In this document: positions 12,824 to 25,883 of the stretch, in pieces
How the letters are laid out: each line of letters begins with the position of its first letter
Position numbering within the stretch: position 1 is the stretch's first letter
Assembly: GCA_964035545.1 (NCBI GenBank)
Contig: OZ037773.1
Span: 7,035,751 to 7,099,750, forward strand
Direction of reading: 5' to 3'
Length of the DNA: 64,000 bases
Source of the DNA: Bugula neritina
Taxonomy: Eukaryota; Animalia; Bryozoa
Notes under the pieces: model-generated
The model's database searches: none
What the model was told of the DNA's origin: nothing
The model's input: only the letters and a program-made list of their open reading frames with translations
Translations under genes and position numbers: made by a program

Positions 12824-15800
12824 TCACTCTGCATTTGCTGGAATATTCACAGCATTTACAATTGGAGGCGCTGCTTTTGGTTCTGATATTTCTGTGTGTG
12901 CCAGGTTGGGTGCTTTCGTATGTTCTTCATTCATTTGAGTTGGAAGGGTCGGCACATACTCCCTCACTCGAACATTCAAGTTAGATCTTGGGGCTATGTC
13001 AAAGTTAGATCTACAAAAGAAAACAATATATTTGGACTAATTACTCTGTAAAAGAGATACATAATATGTCGAAACCAACTTAATTTTTCAACTGCGTGAT
13101 CCTGACTCATTAATTACTAAGGAGTTATCTCCCTGACTCATCAGTTATCATGAATTTAACTCCAATGGTAATTCACAACAGTTAGCCTGTCATCTTAGAA
13201 TCGCTTACACATAGGTCGGAGCATTAGATAATAACATAGATCTATAAATATATTAACACTGAAATGAAAAATATTGCGATTAAATTTATGATTTAATGTT
13301 ATTACAGAAGCCAGTATATTATCACCACTCTAAATTACCTCCGTTTGAAGTTGGGCTGATCTGTAAGTCGACAATTTTGTTCTCCTATTCCTGGTAGAAC
13401 TGCTGTTGAGGTACCACACGGTTCTGAAGGACTACTGGTTGGTGGCTTAACTTGGCCGTCTGTTCGCCAGTTTTCAGGGTGGTTCAGTAACCGAGTTGCT
13501 TGGTGCGCTGTGATTGGCTGACTCACATATGCTCCATGTCTCTACAATATAGCAAACATTATAATAAATAACATTACTTTGAGTAACATCCCAAGTTGCA
13601 GCCTATCATAACATAAACAGGATTAACACTATAAGATACCAGATATAATAAATAAAATCAATTTGAATATTGTCCCAAGTTGCAGCTTATTGTATTTGTA
13701 AAATTACAAACTAGTTACATAGTCAATAGTTGAGTACATAGTGTATAAGACTTACAGTACTCCGTATTGGGTAGTTGTTCATTTTCCTCGAATCATATTG
13801 ATGGTCGTATGAGATCATTTCTTTGAAAAACCGCTGCCTTCCAGTTTTTTCAGGCAAATGATTCACCGGAACTACAGTATTAGAGAATAAACTCTTACAT
13901 GTAGTCAATATTAGTTACTAACTATAAGCAACTATATTCACCATCTTAACATTTAAAACAAAAATATTTATAATTTTGAATATTGTATACTTACAATATA
14001 TATATATAACAAAAAAAACATCTGTTGACTTTAGAATGCTGTTTGAAATAACATTGACACAGGCTATCAACATCGCAACTCATATCTCACTACACTTCTT
14101 TGTATACTCATGCTGTCACCCACCAGCTCCTAATGCTGCCTTGTCGTTAGAATATTTATGTCGGCTGCTGCCATGTGATTGGTGTTCTTCAGTCCAGTTG
14201 TAGTCAGACCTCATTGTGGTGTCTTTGGTAGAGACGGGATTCGGTCTGGTTTCACTTGGTACACGGGACGGCCACCAATGTTCACTCTCTTGAGCTGAAG
14301 GGACGTAACACACTGGATGATTCAGGGTCCTCACATTACGCCGTAGATATGTAACCTCACACCTGTTTCTGTTGAAAGAATATAGCAGCTAATTTAATTA
14401 CAAACTACAGTATTTTCACATAAAATTACTTACATTTATAAATATAGATTATGGCGCTCATCAGTTTTTTTCAATTATGCAGGACACAGGATTTAGCCTA
14501 TCAAATCCCACAGGTAAAGAGTTATCTACCTTTTAAACTTCATGATTAATATTTGACTGATCAAAAATATTCAAGCATTGAACATCAAGTTTAACTTTTA
14601 CACGGCAATACAATAATTTTCCAACCAACACACATGAAAGATTACCTGTCTCTGATATTTCGTTCAGGTTCATAGTGAGAGTTGTAATACCATGAAGGTA
14701 AGTTCAAGGTCTTATCGTATGTCTGAATGAAACTCTGAGGAATCTCTGGAGGCCTGTGATACACAGCCTTGTTCTTTAGCTCTTCCCCAAAAACTCGAAA
14801 TGAATTAGAGCTGTGAAGTCAGAAACAAACAATTATATGACAGCAAATAATCATGAAAAAATTTGTATGCATAAAATGTTTAAAGAAAAATAGAACTTTA
14901 GCAAAATTATGTTTACTTTGATATATGATTGCTTTGCATTTATGCAATGAGCCAATAGGAATATAGTTTATTGAAAAATGCAAAGAGTAGCAAAAAGATA
15001 TCAACATTCTAATGCACAAAGCAAAAGTGGTGATTAACTATAAATACTACTAAAAGGTAAGTGTTGATTGAAATGTGTGCAGTAAGAAGTAAAATATAAA
15101 CTGCACATTAGAATAGGAAGTAACTAAAAAAAATATCATGGTAATTTTCAGCTAAAAGTTGGTTCATCTACTCTTCCTATATCAAGCAAATGACACCAAT
15201 AAGTACTTCAGGAGCATGCCTACCAACATAATAGATTATTACATCATCAGTTTTATTTCTAGATGTCACGTCACAAAGGAAGTTACATTATTAGTAAGAT
15301 GTGTCAACTTAAAACAGTTCTTCAGATAAAATATCTCATTGCAAGAAACTAAAATAAAGCGTGGAATCTAAAACTATAAACGTGCTTAAATTAAGTATAA
15401 GCCAAATCTAATACAAACTGTAGACTATTCTTTCTGTACACATATAAAGTTTACCCATGAAAAACCTTGAAAGATACTAATGTTATAAATGAGAAAAATA
15501 TTAACATTTTGAAAAAAAATTCAATAAACCAAAAGCATAACTTAATATGAGAAGCTTAGTTTTACATAATTTTTTTATGCATTCTAGTATTTCAAATATA
15601 GTAATACAAAAAGAGCTTTGATATTGTTAATTTCAATAATGAATATTGCAAAAATTATACAACTTTATTATACAACTTATTACTTACAACAAATTATATA
15701 ACTTTATTTACTTAATAAAAAAAATGAATGTATTTTTATATCAACACTAAAAAATAATAGTGATAAAATACTCATAACCTGCATGTACATGAACTTGAAG

Positions 15801-15931
15801 TTCAACATAAAAGTATAAGTAAATTTGAAGCTTAATACTTAACAGTTAACTTGAAGTTGAACATCAACATACCTAAAGTTACATGGTACAGGCTTCTTTC
15901 GACTGATATTTGGCACGTTGAGAGTGGTCAT
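12824..15931 (-). CDS. CIMIP6: C2orf73/CIMIP6-like ciliary microtubule inner protein (DUF4540-like)
   Basis: Exons 15931-15873, 14810-14646, 14362-14124, 13871-13756, 13541-13339, 13010-12824, all GT-AG with an open frame. Motifs NVRTLNHPVCY, WW, TTMRSDY, GAVPV and FKEMISYDHQYDSRKMNNYPIRSTRHGAYV match my recollection of human C2orf73 (NARTYNEPFPY...STQRSDF...ISFIHQYDARK..EPLQGKRHGAFV). Confidence 0.8.
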
Positions 15932-18900
15932 GCTTTAAATAATATAAATATTATTAAATGTATTTAAATTAATCTAACAATTCACTAAAATCTTCAGAAA
16001 AAAATATTAAAAGTATGTACTGATACTAGTACTAGTAGCGAACTGTGGGCTGTGAGGAGTTGGCATGACGATGAAGGCTCGCAGTTAATGACGTAAAGTC
16101 GGTGATTCGACATACTAGCTTTTCCAAAGGGACAACTCTCACAACGGCATATTAATTTTAGCACGAAATAAAAAGGATAACTCCGTAAACAAACGTAACT
16201 TATTAGTAGAAACGAAAGAAGGTGTGAAACTCTCACTAAAACAAAACTTGTTTGCTTTATTATGTTTAGAGCACGGGCTTTTCTAACGTGTGTACACTCA
16301 TCAGTAAACAACATCCTATGACCTAAATCAACATGGCCCCCACCCTACATTTATGTGGCTTTCAAAGGCATAACAGATAAAATTATTTTGCACAATTACA
16401 TATAAATTGCAGTGGGAAAACTACCTTTTAAATGTTTTATTTCTATTTAGGCTAAAAAACAAGTATCCTTCAGTAATTATTGGGACTTCATTGCGTAATG
16501 GTTCATAGAAATTTGAAACAAGTTAATTTGAAAATTGCTGATGTTGTGGCCCCCAGCCCAAGCTATATTTTACAATGTAGCCTTAGCTTAAGAAAAATCT
16601 ATTTCGGTGGCACTCGCTCTGAAAAAATTGGACACCCCTGGGCCTTAAATAAATTAAAACACACATGTACCTTAGAACTGTATTCTCAACTTTTAAATGT
16701 CAATATCTAAATCTTCTGCCCTTCCAATAACAGAAGGATAGCTTGTACTCTGGTTATATTGTTACATAATAGTTGCTTGTTGCAGGTAAATAGCAAGTTG
16801 TTGACAGTCCAGACAAGGTGAGTTAACATAAATTGAAAAGCAGAGAATTTTTAAAGAGCATCAGTTGACACTGTAGCCCTTTGCAACATGCCTATGTATG
16901 AATTTTACAGCTGCAATTTGCTTTTACTTTAATATTGCGGCTTAAAGAGTTATGTGTTTGTGCTGGTAATAGTAATACTGCCATATTTATATTCACACTG
17001 ACTGAGAAACAGGAGTTCTAATTTATTCAGTACAGGATTTGATTTTTCTAGCTTATTAAGCTTCGGTAACTTTACTGCTGTCATCACTAGCTTTGGAAAG
17101 CTAAGACTACAAAGAATAACTAGAAACATCAAGCTTTAAGTTTTATGGTGAAACAAATTGACAAAATATTGAAATAGTGTTTTTCTGCTAAGAGAATACA
17201 TTTTGGCTGTTCTAGTTCATTTCCTTACAAAGAAATATAATAAGTTTTTGTGTGAGTGCAAACAAATTTAGCCTACATTTTAAAAATAGTAGCTATAGTT
17301 ATATAGTCTACAGAGATAAAACTGTTATATAAGGAGTCACAATCTATCAGGTATGTTAGACAATAGTGCCGGTGTTCTAATTTACAGGGTATATCTTACA
17401 CACACAGTTGGTTTAAGGTCATACTTTTCATTTTCTGGCTCTTTGCCAGGTGCTTTATGTTCTATATGAACAATGTTCCACTGATAGCTCGAACAGGTTG
17501 AATGTCACAGGAACAAAAAAAATATGAAAAGATAAAGAAAATTATGTTCTCCAATATACTTTTTTATTTTTTTCAAAAGCCAATTCATGTTTAAGTTATA
17601 GCTTGTTGAAAAACATTGTCCCCCTTCCACATTCTTTTCAATTTATACGCTCCTGACTTGTTATTGCGTCTCAATATGCCTTGTATTTGAGTGCTTGTTA
17701 GTCTCGCTTCACTAACTTTGCCTTTACTTCACAAGTGCCAGTGCTGCTGGCTCAAAAGCTAAATTTTATAAACTGTCAGCTAAAACCCAATCTTGCATTC
17801 CTAGGTTGGTTGGCCTAAATAAAACAATAGTCAAATCATGATTTCATGTTTTAAAAATTTACTCTATTCTAACCTGCTGCCTAGCTAGTTCTATTTTTGA
17901 TGTATAATTACAAAATTTGTGATACATTTTTTTGGCAACCATGTGATTTATAAAATGCAGTAATGGTACTTATAATATTATATTATTATCATTATAATAT
18001 ATTATATAGTATTATGTGTGTTTTTATTATACTGCATAATATCTATTTTATTATTGTTGTTGTGCAAACAAGTGCAATTAACCTAGTTTTCAAAATGTAC
18101 CTCTAAATTATCAGAATGTCAGTTTAGATATTTTCATGCTTTGTAAGGTAAACCTAAAAAAAGAGGCTGTATTCCCAAAGTAAAGGGTGTTGAACTATGA
18201 ACTATATTAGATTAGCCACTCTGCTACCAAGTGCATCAGTATAATATTATATGAATAGCTCTGATGCTTTGTCTCCGGTGGCTGGCTGCGATATGATAAC
18301 TTGGCCAACTTCCAAGAGTTTAAAATTGGCGCAATTATTCAAGAGGTTACATACTGCACAGAGCTAGCAGTGATAGTAACCTTGCTATTGGCAGTACTTA
18401 TTACAACTGCCAGCATATAAGCTGCATTGTAGAATGCCGTTGGGGTAGGCTAGTAAAACCAAATTCTGCTCTCTAATATACCTTAGACACAATGCAGCAA
18501 CATAATTGTTCATTTCAAATTACATTGCCACCCTTACATGAGCTGTGGGCTTCATAAAGATTCATATGATTAGAGATTTATGCTATAGGCTAGCTATGAT
18601 GAAAATAACACACCATTGTCAAAGTTAACTTCAAGTATGTTGTTTTCCAGAAACTCAGTAATGTCCATTTATCTCTCACATACAAATACTTATGTAATAG
18701 CATACAGTTTAAGTTTTATTTTAGAGCACATCTGCAAACTCTACAATAAGAGCTTGCTTTACCAGTCTATTTCAGACCTGTTTTTGTAGCTAGTAATACG
18801 CAAGCTACTTATTTTTAAACTTTTGGGTTATTTGTTCAAAACCATTAGCTTTGCTAGTAACCCGAGACTATTGCAACAGTTGACTGCTATCAACATGAAT

Positions 18901-19951
18901 TATAACCCATTTGCGCGCGAAATATTTATGTAATGATAGTCACTCATATAGTGAGCATCTCATTAACGATGATTGCGTGGTCCAGAGGTTAGTGGCGTCA
19001 GCGACGAGTTGGTTGGTCATGGTTCAACCCTGTTTTGTTGCATTTTTTTTTTTGTCAACTTATGCAAATCCTACGCATGTATAATAAATATGGCTATAAT
19101 TGTAAAGTTTTTTTTTAACTTTTGTTCAACAGTAAGACAACATACATGCATAATAATTAGATACTGAACACTGGACTAAACCTTATATTGATCTTATAGA
19201 ATACAATGTACTTAAAATAATCATGTGAATTAGAGAAACTGAAAGTACACCTGCTGTGCTATAGACAGACCTTTACTGACAAGACTGCAAAGTGAAGTGA
19301 TTTAGCTGAAATTAACTCTGCCAAACAAACAAAGAATTATGTTGTGCTGAGGCATTTTCAATATATTATTGTAACATAGTGAGATGATTCAGCTAAGTGC
19401 TAATGTAAAACAGGGAACATTATATTGGCAGAAATCCAATAGATTGCCAATTTGTGCGAGAGGGTACTATATGTTATTGTGATAGCGCAGAGCGGCAAAC
19501 GTACAAGGAATGCTATAATTAGTCACAGGAGCGTAGCTAGAACCACCATATGAAGAATTTAGAAAATTGCAGTGAAACTTGCAAAATGGTGTATGTTTTT
19601 ACCAAATTGTGAAGAGCATAAACAGAATTTCAAAAAACAAAGAAAGTATATTAGAGAAAACATATCAAGGAATGTCAAGTTTAACTTTTAGACTTTATAA
19701 AATGAATCCCCTGTGCTACAGCAGTGGAACATGGAGGGTGTAAAATTTTACTTATTATGCAACAACTTTCTCAGAAAATTTTTTGTTGAAAAATTAAAAA
19801 AGTATATGAAAGAGGAATGCAAGAGCTATCTTTTCATGTAAAATTTGTTAATGTGAGACAAAAACTGTTCGAGCTATCCCCTGGAAACCGTTTATATATA
19901 ACATAAAGCAGTGCCTGAATCTGGAAAGTAATGACCTTAAACCAACTGTGC

Positions 19952-19953
<2 letters not shown>

Positions 19954-20000
<47 letters not shown>

Positions 20001-20086
20001 TGTATATACTGTATATACTGTATATAATGTATATACTGTATATACTGTATATACTGTATATACTGTATATACTGTATATACTGTAT
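19954..20086 (+). repeat. (TA)n microsatellite followed by (TATATACTG)n
   Basis: Visible directly; ends just before the ttttag acceptor at 20093; explains the spurious IYIY/LYI N-terminus of ORF 19931..21448. Confidence 0.95.
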
Positions 20087-20170
20087 ATTTTAGGTGTTAA
20101 AGTCATAGAAACAAGTACTGTATATTCCCTCCTATTCACACTATTATCTGCAGCTCTTACTCTTCTGCAG

Positions 20171-21448
20171 ATGGCTGAACTTCCTCTTCGAGATTGTCGA
20201 GATTTGACTGCAGAGAACTGCAAACGCACAGCAAGGGAGTCTATAGAGTCGGACATATTGGATGCTTTGCTGGATGTCAAGGGAGGATATCTGAGGTCAG
20301 CCTGGCGCTACACTTACATAGAAGAGGTTTCTGAACCACACATACCTCTGGCTTCTTGGATATTCTTGGATAAAAACCTGCACACCAGAGTGGTGTTTCA
20401 TGTTGAAGAGTACAACGAGGAAATCAACGCAGTAGATCACAGCTCAAGTCTTTTAAGTAAAAGTTTTGATGGCTTACGAGGAATGGCGTCTACTATGACT
20501 GGGTATGATGCCACCGGTGAAGAACTAGTTCTTGTTAACGAGAGCTCGATGAGCTTTCCTGGCAGAGATGAGCTTATTACATGTACATCTTCAACGTCTG
20601 GAGATAATCCAAACATTGTCAAATCATTTCATTTAACATTCAAAAGTCGTCCAAAGCTAAAGTGTCGTATTGTACATAATGAAGGGGCTGTAAAGATTAA
20701 TTTCTCAAGCGCCTCTCTCCCATGTTATCAGAAGTTAGCAGTTTTGCTCTACAGTTTGAAACTGGCTTATAATATTTACAATCTGCACTTGGAACCTATA
20801 CCAAAGTTAATCAAAGAAGAATCAGAGACTGGGAATAATCTGGTTGAGTTTTTAAGCTCATTGCCAGAAGAGTTTGCTATTCAACCTGCTTGCTTCATCC
20901 AGAATTTTAATGCTCTATACTACTTTTTAAACACCACAGAGCCAAATGAAAACAGAGTAGAGCTAGTCTTAGAATGTCAGCCGTCTAGTAGACTCAATGT
21001 TTTCTATAAAGCTCGAAACAGAGCCAACCAGCGTCTCTTCGGGGCGGAAGGAGAAAGTCGTCTTGATAGTATAATGTTCGTCTGCAGTGATCATAAAAAT
21101 GAGACGCTGGGGTTTATCAGAAATGAATGTATTTTTGATAGAGATGGCTTTTTTGTGACACAAATAAAATATTTCCCAAATAAAGTTATATTTGAAGATG
21201 AGTTACGGCATGAAATACTGGCTATACTAACAGAAACAGGTTCTGGATGTTATTCACTGAGTCTGGCACCTCCCGAGAATCCAGAGTGGAAGGCTCTCAT
21301 TATTTCCTCTGTTTCTAGATACTTATTTGCAAAGGTCAGAGGTCATCTGCAAGCAAAGTTACCCATTCTGAAGGAATATCCTAGTAACTTTAATGCCATC
21401 ACCCCAGATACAGTAACTTCAGCACTTTGCTATCGGCGGAGTTCTTAA
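20171..21448 (+). CDS. Intronless 425-aa protein; probable tandem divergent scramblase/Tubby-C-like domains
   Basis: Long stop-free ORF in AT-rich DNA from ATG 20171; two segments end in PLSCR-like C-terminal motifs (INFSSASLPCYQKLAVLLYSLKLAYNIY; YSLSLAPPENPEWKALIISSVSRYLF); YKARNRANQRLFGAEGES resembles PLSCR1 YEIKNSFGQRVYFAAEDT. The ORF is well supported; the family call is inference. Confidence 0.7.
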   Translation: MAELPLRDCRDLTAENCKRTARESIESDILDALLDVKGGYLRSAWRYTYIEEVSEPHIPLASWIFLDKNLHTRVVFHVEEYNEEINAVDHSSSLLSKSFDGLRGMASTMTGYDATGEELVLVNESSMSFPGRDELITCTSSTSGDNPNIVKSFHLTFKSRPKLKCRIVHNEGAVKINFSSASLPCYQKLAVLLYSLKLAYNIYNLHLEPIPKLIKEESETGNNLVEFLSSLPEEFAIQPACFIQNFNALYYFLNTTEPNENRVELVLECQPSSRLNVFYKARNRANQRLFGAEGESRLDSIMFVCSDHKNETLGFIRNECIFDRDGFFVTQIKYFPNKVIFEDELRHEILAILTETGSGCYSLSLAPPENPEWKALIISSVSRYLFAKVRGHLQAKLPILKEYPSNFNAITPDTVTSALCYRRSS

Positions 21449-22607
21449 CCTCTCTCACTGCTTGACCAGAGCAGAAAACAAACAGAGTCAAATATTTTAC
21501 ATTTTTAGTTGATTCCAGTTGGTTTTGCATTATTTACTTTGAAAATGTAAACCTCTATAAAATACTATTTGCTGCTATTTAAATTTGTACATCATACTTG
21601 TTAACAAAAAGCGATGATTAATGTCTCTTATAAATTGTGTTCTACTTGATATAGTTCAACTTCAAGCTTCACATTTCTGTTCCTTGTTTGTTGTAAAGTT
21701 GTAATTGGTATTTTCTTTTTAAAGTGGTATATATTAGTCTGAAAATGTATTATTTGTATATTACTTGCAAGTGGAACCTTCATATGGCTAAAATAAATTA
21801 TAAGTCTAATGTTACCAATTCACAAAACAAAACTGTTAGAATGACTTGAAAATGAAAATATAGAGATATAATGTATAATCAGGGTGTGTGTAAAGGTGGG
21901 GGGGAGGGGGCGAATTTCAGTAGCAGAAAATACCGCATCCGCAACCTTCAGATTTTTGCCCTTTACCTTCTGCATCCCAGCTTATTAAAAACTAATACAT
22001 GAATAGCATAGTATGTTGTGGCAGACCCTCGCCTTATTCAGCTAACCAGATATATATATTATATAGGTGGATTTTATTTTGAAATAATTGGTCACTGTAT
22101 GCATTATATGTCTCACGGAAAATAAAGTTGCAATGAATTTATTACTTGAGAACATTTTAAAAGCAATACGCAAGTTTGCTTATAGTAATATTTACGATCC
22201 TGTAGTAGCTTCAGAATTTGGCTTGGCATTTGAGCTAATTAAACTTGTTCTCTAGTGAATTAAACTGAGCTGTGTTGAAATCGAATACATGGCTAACAAC
22301 AAACTAACAAAAATTGCATGGTTGCAAATAATTAACTGGTGATGTAGAGGGTAATTAATCACCTATAAGCAATGCTTATGTTGTAAGTCTTTTGGCTAAA
22401 GTTTAAATTTTAATGTGTTTGAACATTTATTTTAAGTTCACTATAGTTGCTTGTGTAGTTGAATTATAACTCTAAATTGCAACAATCGTGATGATTTCTA
22501 AAAAAAACATCTCGCTAATAGCAAAGTTTGCCCTTTTTAAAATAACTGTGTTATTGTAATAATTATCAATACAATAATATAGTATTGAATTTATAGCGAA
22601 AAAAAGA

Positions 22608-22679
22608 TAGCAGAGAGTGGTTTCGATCCACCGACCTCTGGGTTATGGGCCCAGCACGCTTCCACTGCGCCACTCTGCT
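22608..22679 (-). tRNA. Initiator tRNA-Met (CAT)
   Basis: Reverse complement AGCAGAGTGGCGCAGTGGAAGCGTGCTGGGCCCATAACCCAGAGGTCGGTGGATCGAAACCACTCTCTGCTA: A1-U72, three G-C anticodon-stem pairs, AUCG T-loop; T7 Pol III terminator at 22599-22605. Confidence 0.98.
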
Positions 22680-23949
22680 TGCGTGGATATAGCGTGTAAT
22701 AATAGCTACTTGAAACATAAATGATAATGTATACACTATGGTGACTATACACATGCGCTTTAGTAACCTGACTAATGTTTTTGTTGTTATGCTGACGAAA
22801 TAGAATACATGTAGAACATAAAAAAATTTACTTCCTTCTTTCATATGACTTCAAATTTGTCTGCCCTCTAAAATTGGAATCAATAATTATATATGTTGCA
22901 ATTTGAATATTTGAGTAATTAGTTATTAGACTATTGTATTTCTGTTTATATGAAGAACTTATATATATGACTGATATTCTCATTATAAACTTAATTGACA
23001 CTTACTTAAAAACAAATAAAAGTATACATTACCAAGATCGATTTTTCAATTAAATTTTATATAAATAGTATCTGTAATATTTTAAAAGACAACACAAAAC
23101 TTATAGCTACAAAATTTATTCGTGCACAGGGGATCCCATGTACAGATTAAACAATTAATGCACTCGCACTTTGTATGGAAAAGTTCTTTCTGCAATCATT
23201 TCCTCTAACGAAGACGATTTGATGGAGTAGAGGGATTTTATAATATAAATTCTATGAAATTCGAATTATAGTAGAGTGTTATAAAATTTTATCTAGAATG
23301 GATGACAGACTAAAACTATAGTGCTGTATAATATGCTTGTTGTGATAATATTGTAGTTATCCTAAAAGTGAAGAGTTGTGTTTTCATTAACAGTGTTGGT
23401 ATTTATATTATATGTTTTTCATCTAGAACTTCTAGAATTTATGTTATATAAAAAATAGTGGCTAAGAATTATAAGACTGAAATCTGACACATGTGTTTTT
23501 GAAGAGAGAAGCTTTAATATGAAATCCCACCTTCTAGTTATATATACACTACATGCAGGAGTTCTTGATACCAGCTCTTCATCGTTTAATCTTGTATACA
23601 AAAGTATTGATAAAACTACATGTTGTATGGTCATCTGTTCTATGATTTAGATTTATAGTAGCTTTACAATGTATGTATCAACAAGAAAGTTTTCTAATTA
23701 TGTGCAGTAAAAAGTTGAGGGCTTCTCACAATAAACATATAGGTTAGACCACAAAATACACTAAAATAAATATTGGAGCATAGTATGAGAGGATAACTCT
23801 TAAAGCTGTGCATTGCTTTCGCCATGGTAATTAAAATTTAATAGTTATAGAATAATGTTCAAAACAAGATCTGACAGTTGCAAAAACAGGTTTCAATAGA
23901 ACACAAGTTAATTAGCGTTATAGACGGATCAAATTTTGCAGAATGTTCC

Positions 23950-24000
23950 TATTGAACGCATGCGTAATAAATTGAAAGCCATTGTCGTTTCCGGCTTCAT
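23950..24000 (+). promoter_or_regulatory. Putative SOS promoter (NRF1-like ACGCATGCGT and ETS-like TTCCGG)
   Basis: Motifs seen upstream of a low-complexity first-intron-like region; position inferred, no transcript evidence. Confidence 0.3.
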
Positions 24001-25883
24001 TATTTACTATGACATTGACTAGCTTAGTTTCACTTTCAGTGTGATAAGTATAACATCTATCTCTTTGAGCCTGCGCTGTATTTCAAGTGAAAGTGCTAAC
24101 AAATTAAATTGTAGAAGTAGCCAATACTAAATTATTTGCAAGTCTTACTATCAGTATTAGTTTAAGTGCTATTTTTATTTTATACCAAGTCTCATATTCA
24201 TTTTGATAAAATCAAAATGCTATTGAGTATTGACTATTGAATTTTGTATTGATATTCAATTTGAGTTTCATAATCATAACAATAATCAGTCTCATGCTGA
24301 TATTGATACTCATACTCATGCTTATACCCACACTCAGTCTCACAGACACTCAGACAGTGTCACTGAGTCACTACCAATATGAATATGAATATCAATATGA
24401 AATTGAATATCATTAATCATACTGACACACTTACTATTACTCGTACACTTACAGTAAGAGTGATACCCTCAGTCTTACTGATACTCGTACTGATAGTGAT
24501 ACTCATACAGTGATACACTTTACAATTACAGTGAATGAATTGCTGAAAGTGAAAGTGAAGGTGATACTCTTACACTCACAGTTACACTTACTGATAGAGA
24601 TACTCATTCAGATTATCAGCTGTAGTCTAAGTCATAGCGATAGAGACTAGTCATACTTATAGTCATACTGATACTCATGTGACAGTGTTACTGATAGTGA
24701 TAGTGACTGTGAAAATGATTGTAATAAACAGTAGCGTTCAATGTTGTTAACTAAAAATAATATTAATTGTCTCACTAGTTCAACACTAACATTAAATGTA
24801 AATAATGGATCTTGATTGTGAACTCCAATCATTAAAAATAATGGTTTATGAATTTAATATAAATATTAAATCCAAGTAATGAAATATCAAATGTTTGTTT
24901 TGACTTATTTTTACACATGGTGTCAGTATAAGTAGGCCTACTAGTATAAATATAAAGTAATTAAACTTGGTAAAATACGAACAATTATGCTTGTAATTGA
25001 TGTTAGACTCAACTGAGTGTAACATTGGCTATATCTGTTTGGCTGCTGTATAATCCTTTTACTAGAAGACTTAGATTTAGTAATGCTACTAGTATTAGTA
25101 ATTACTAATTAAAAAGAGAATAATATTTATTACTTATAGACCTTAAGTATAATAATGATTATAAAAAGTAGATTTAAGAACGAAGAAGTTATAGTTTGGC
25201 TTCAGACTAACATGTAATTGTATTGAATTTCAGTTTGTATAAACAATACTTCTTTTAATCTCCTTTTGTTTAGTAACAATAACTTTAAATAATTATTGTT
25301 ATACTCATTTTTCATTAAACCTATTATTCAGAAAGTAATTCTAACAATTATTCATGGATATAATAATACTATTATACAATAACTGATTTTTTGTTTATTT
25401 TTTTAAAATTGTAGAACTGCTAGAAGGAAGTGCGGTTTCTTTTACACTTTGTTATTTTATGAAGAAACCTTGAATGAAGAAGCCCCCATGGTAACCCTGA
25501 GCCTATTATGTAAGTAGCCTGTATATAAACGATCAAAACTCTGTGTTCACTCTTCACTCGTGTGTCTTAGTTTTGCTAGCTGAAGAAAAACGATGTCATT
25601 TGTGTGTTAGCTTTTCTTTACAAGTTTCAACATGTTTGTTTGTATTAATTATTATTTATGTTCATAGAGATACACGTACATATATTTATACATGTGTGTG
25701 GAGGGTGTCTGCATCTAGACTGTTCATATAGACACCCTCCCCCCCACACACCTGTTTGAACTGATGCTCGCCCTTTTTTCAGGTGGCCAACGTGAGTCCA
25801 TCACTGATAGGTGACAAGTTTTAGTTTCACTCGACATGTAACCACAGCAGCTCCTCAGAGCTTTGCGTGGTCAGTTCATTGCC

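Noticed and set aside
16560-16642. hAT-like terminus AAAATTGGACACCCCTG
   Set aside because: No matching opposite end or TSD found, so no element boundaries can be supported
19931-20170. N-terminal 80 aa of the 505-aa ORF (IYIY/LYI) and antisense ORF 19834..20280
   Set aside because: Translation of microsatellite upstream of a splice acceptor; the plausible start is ATG 20171
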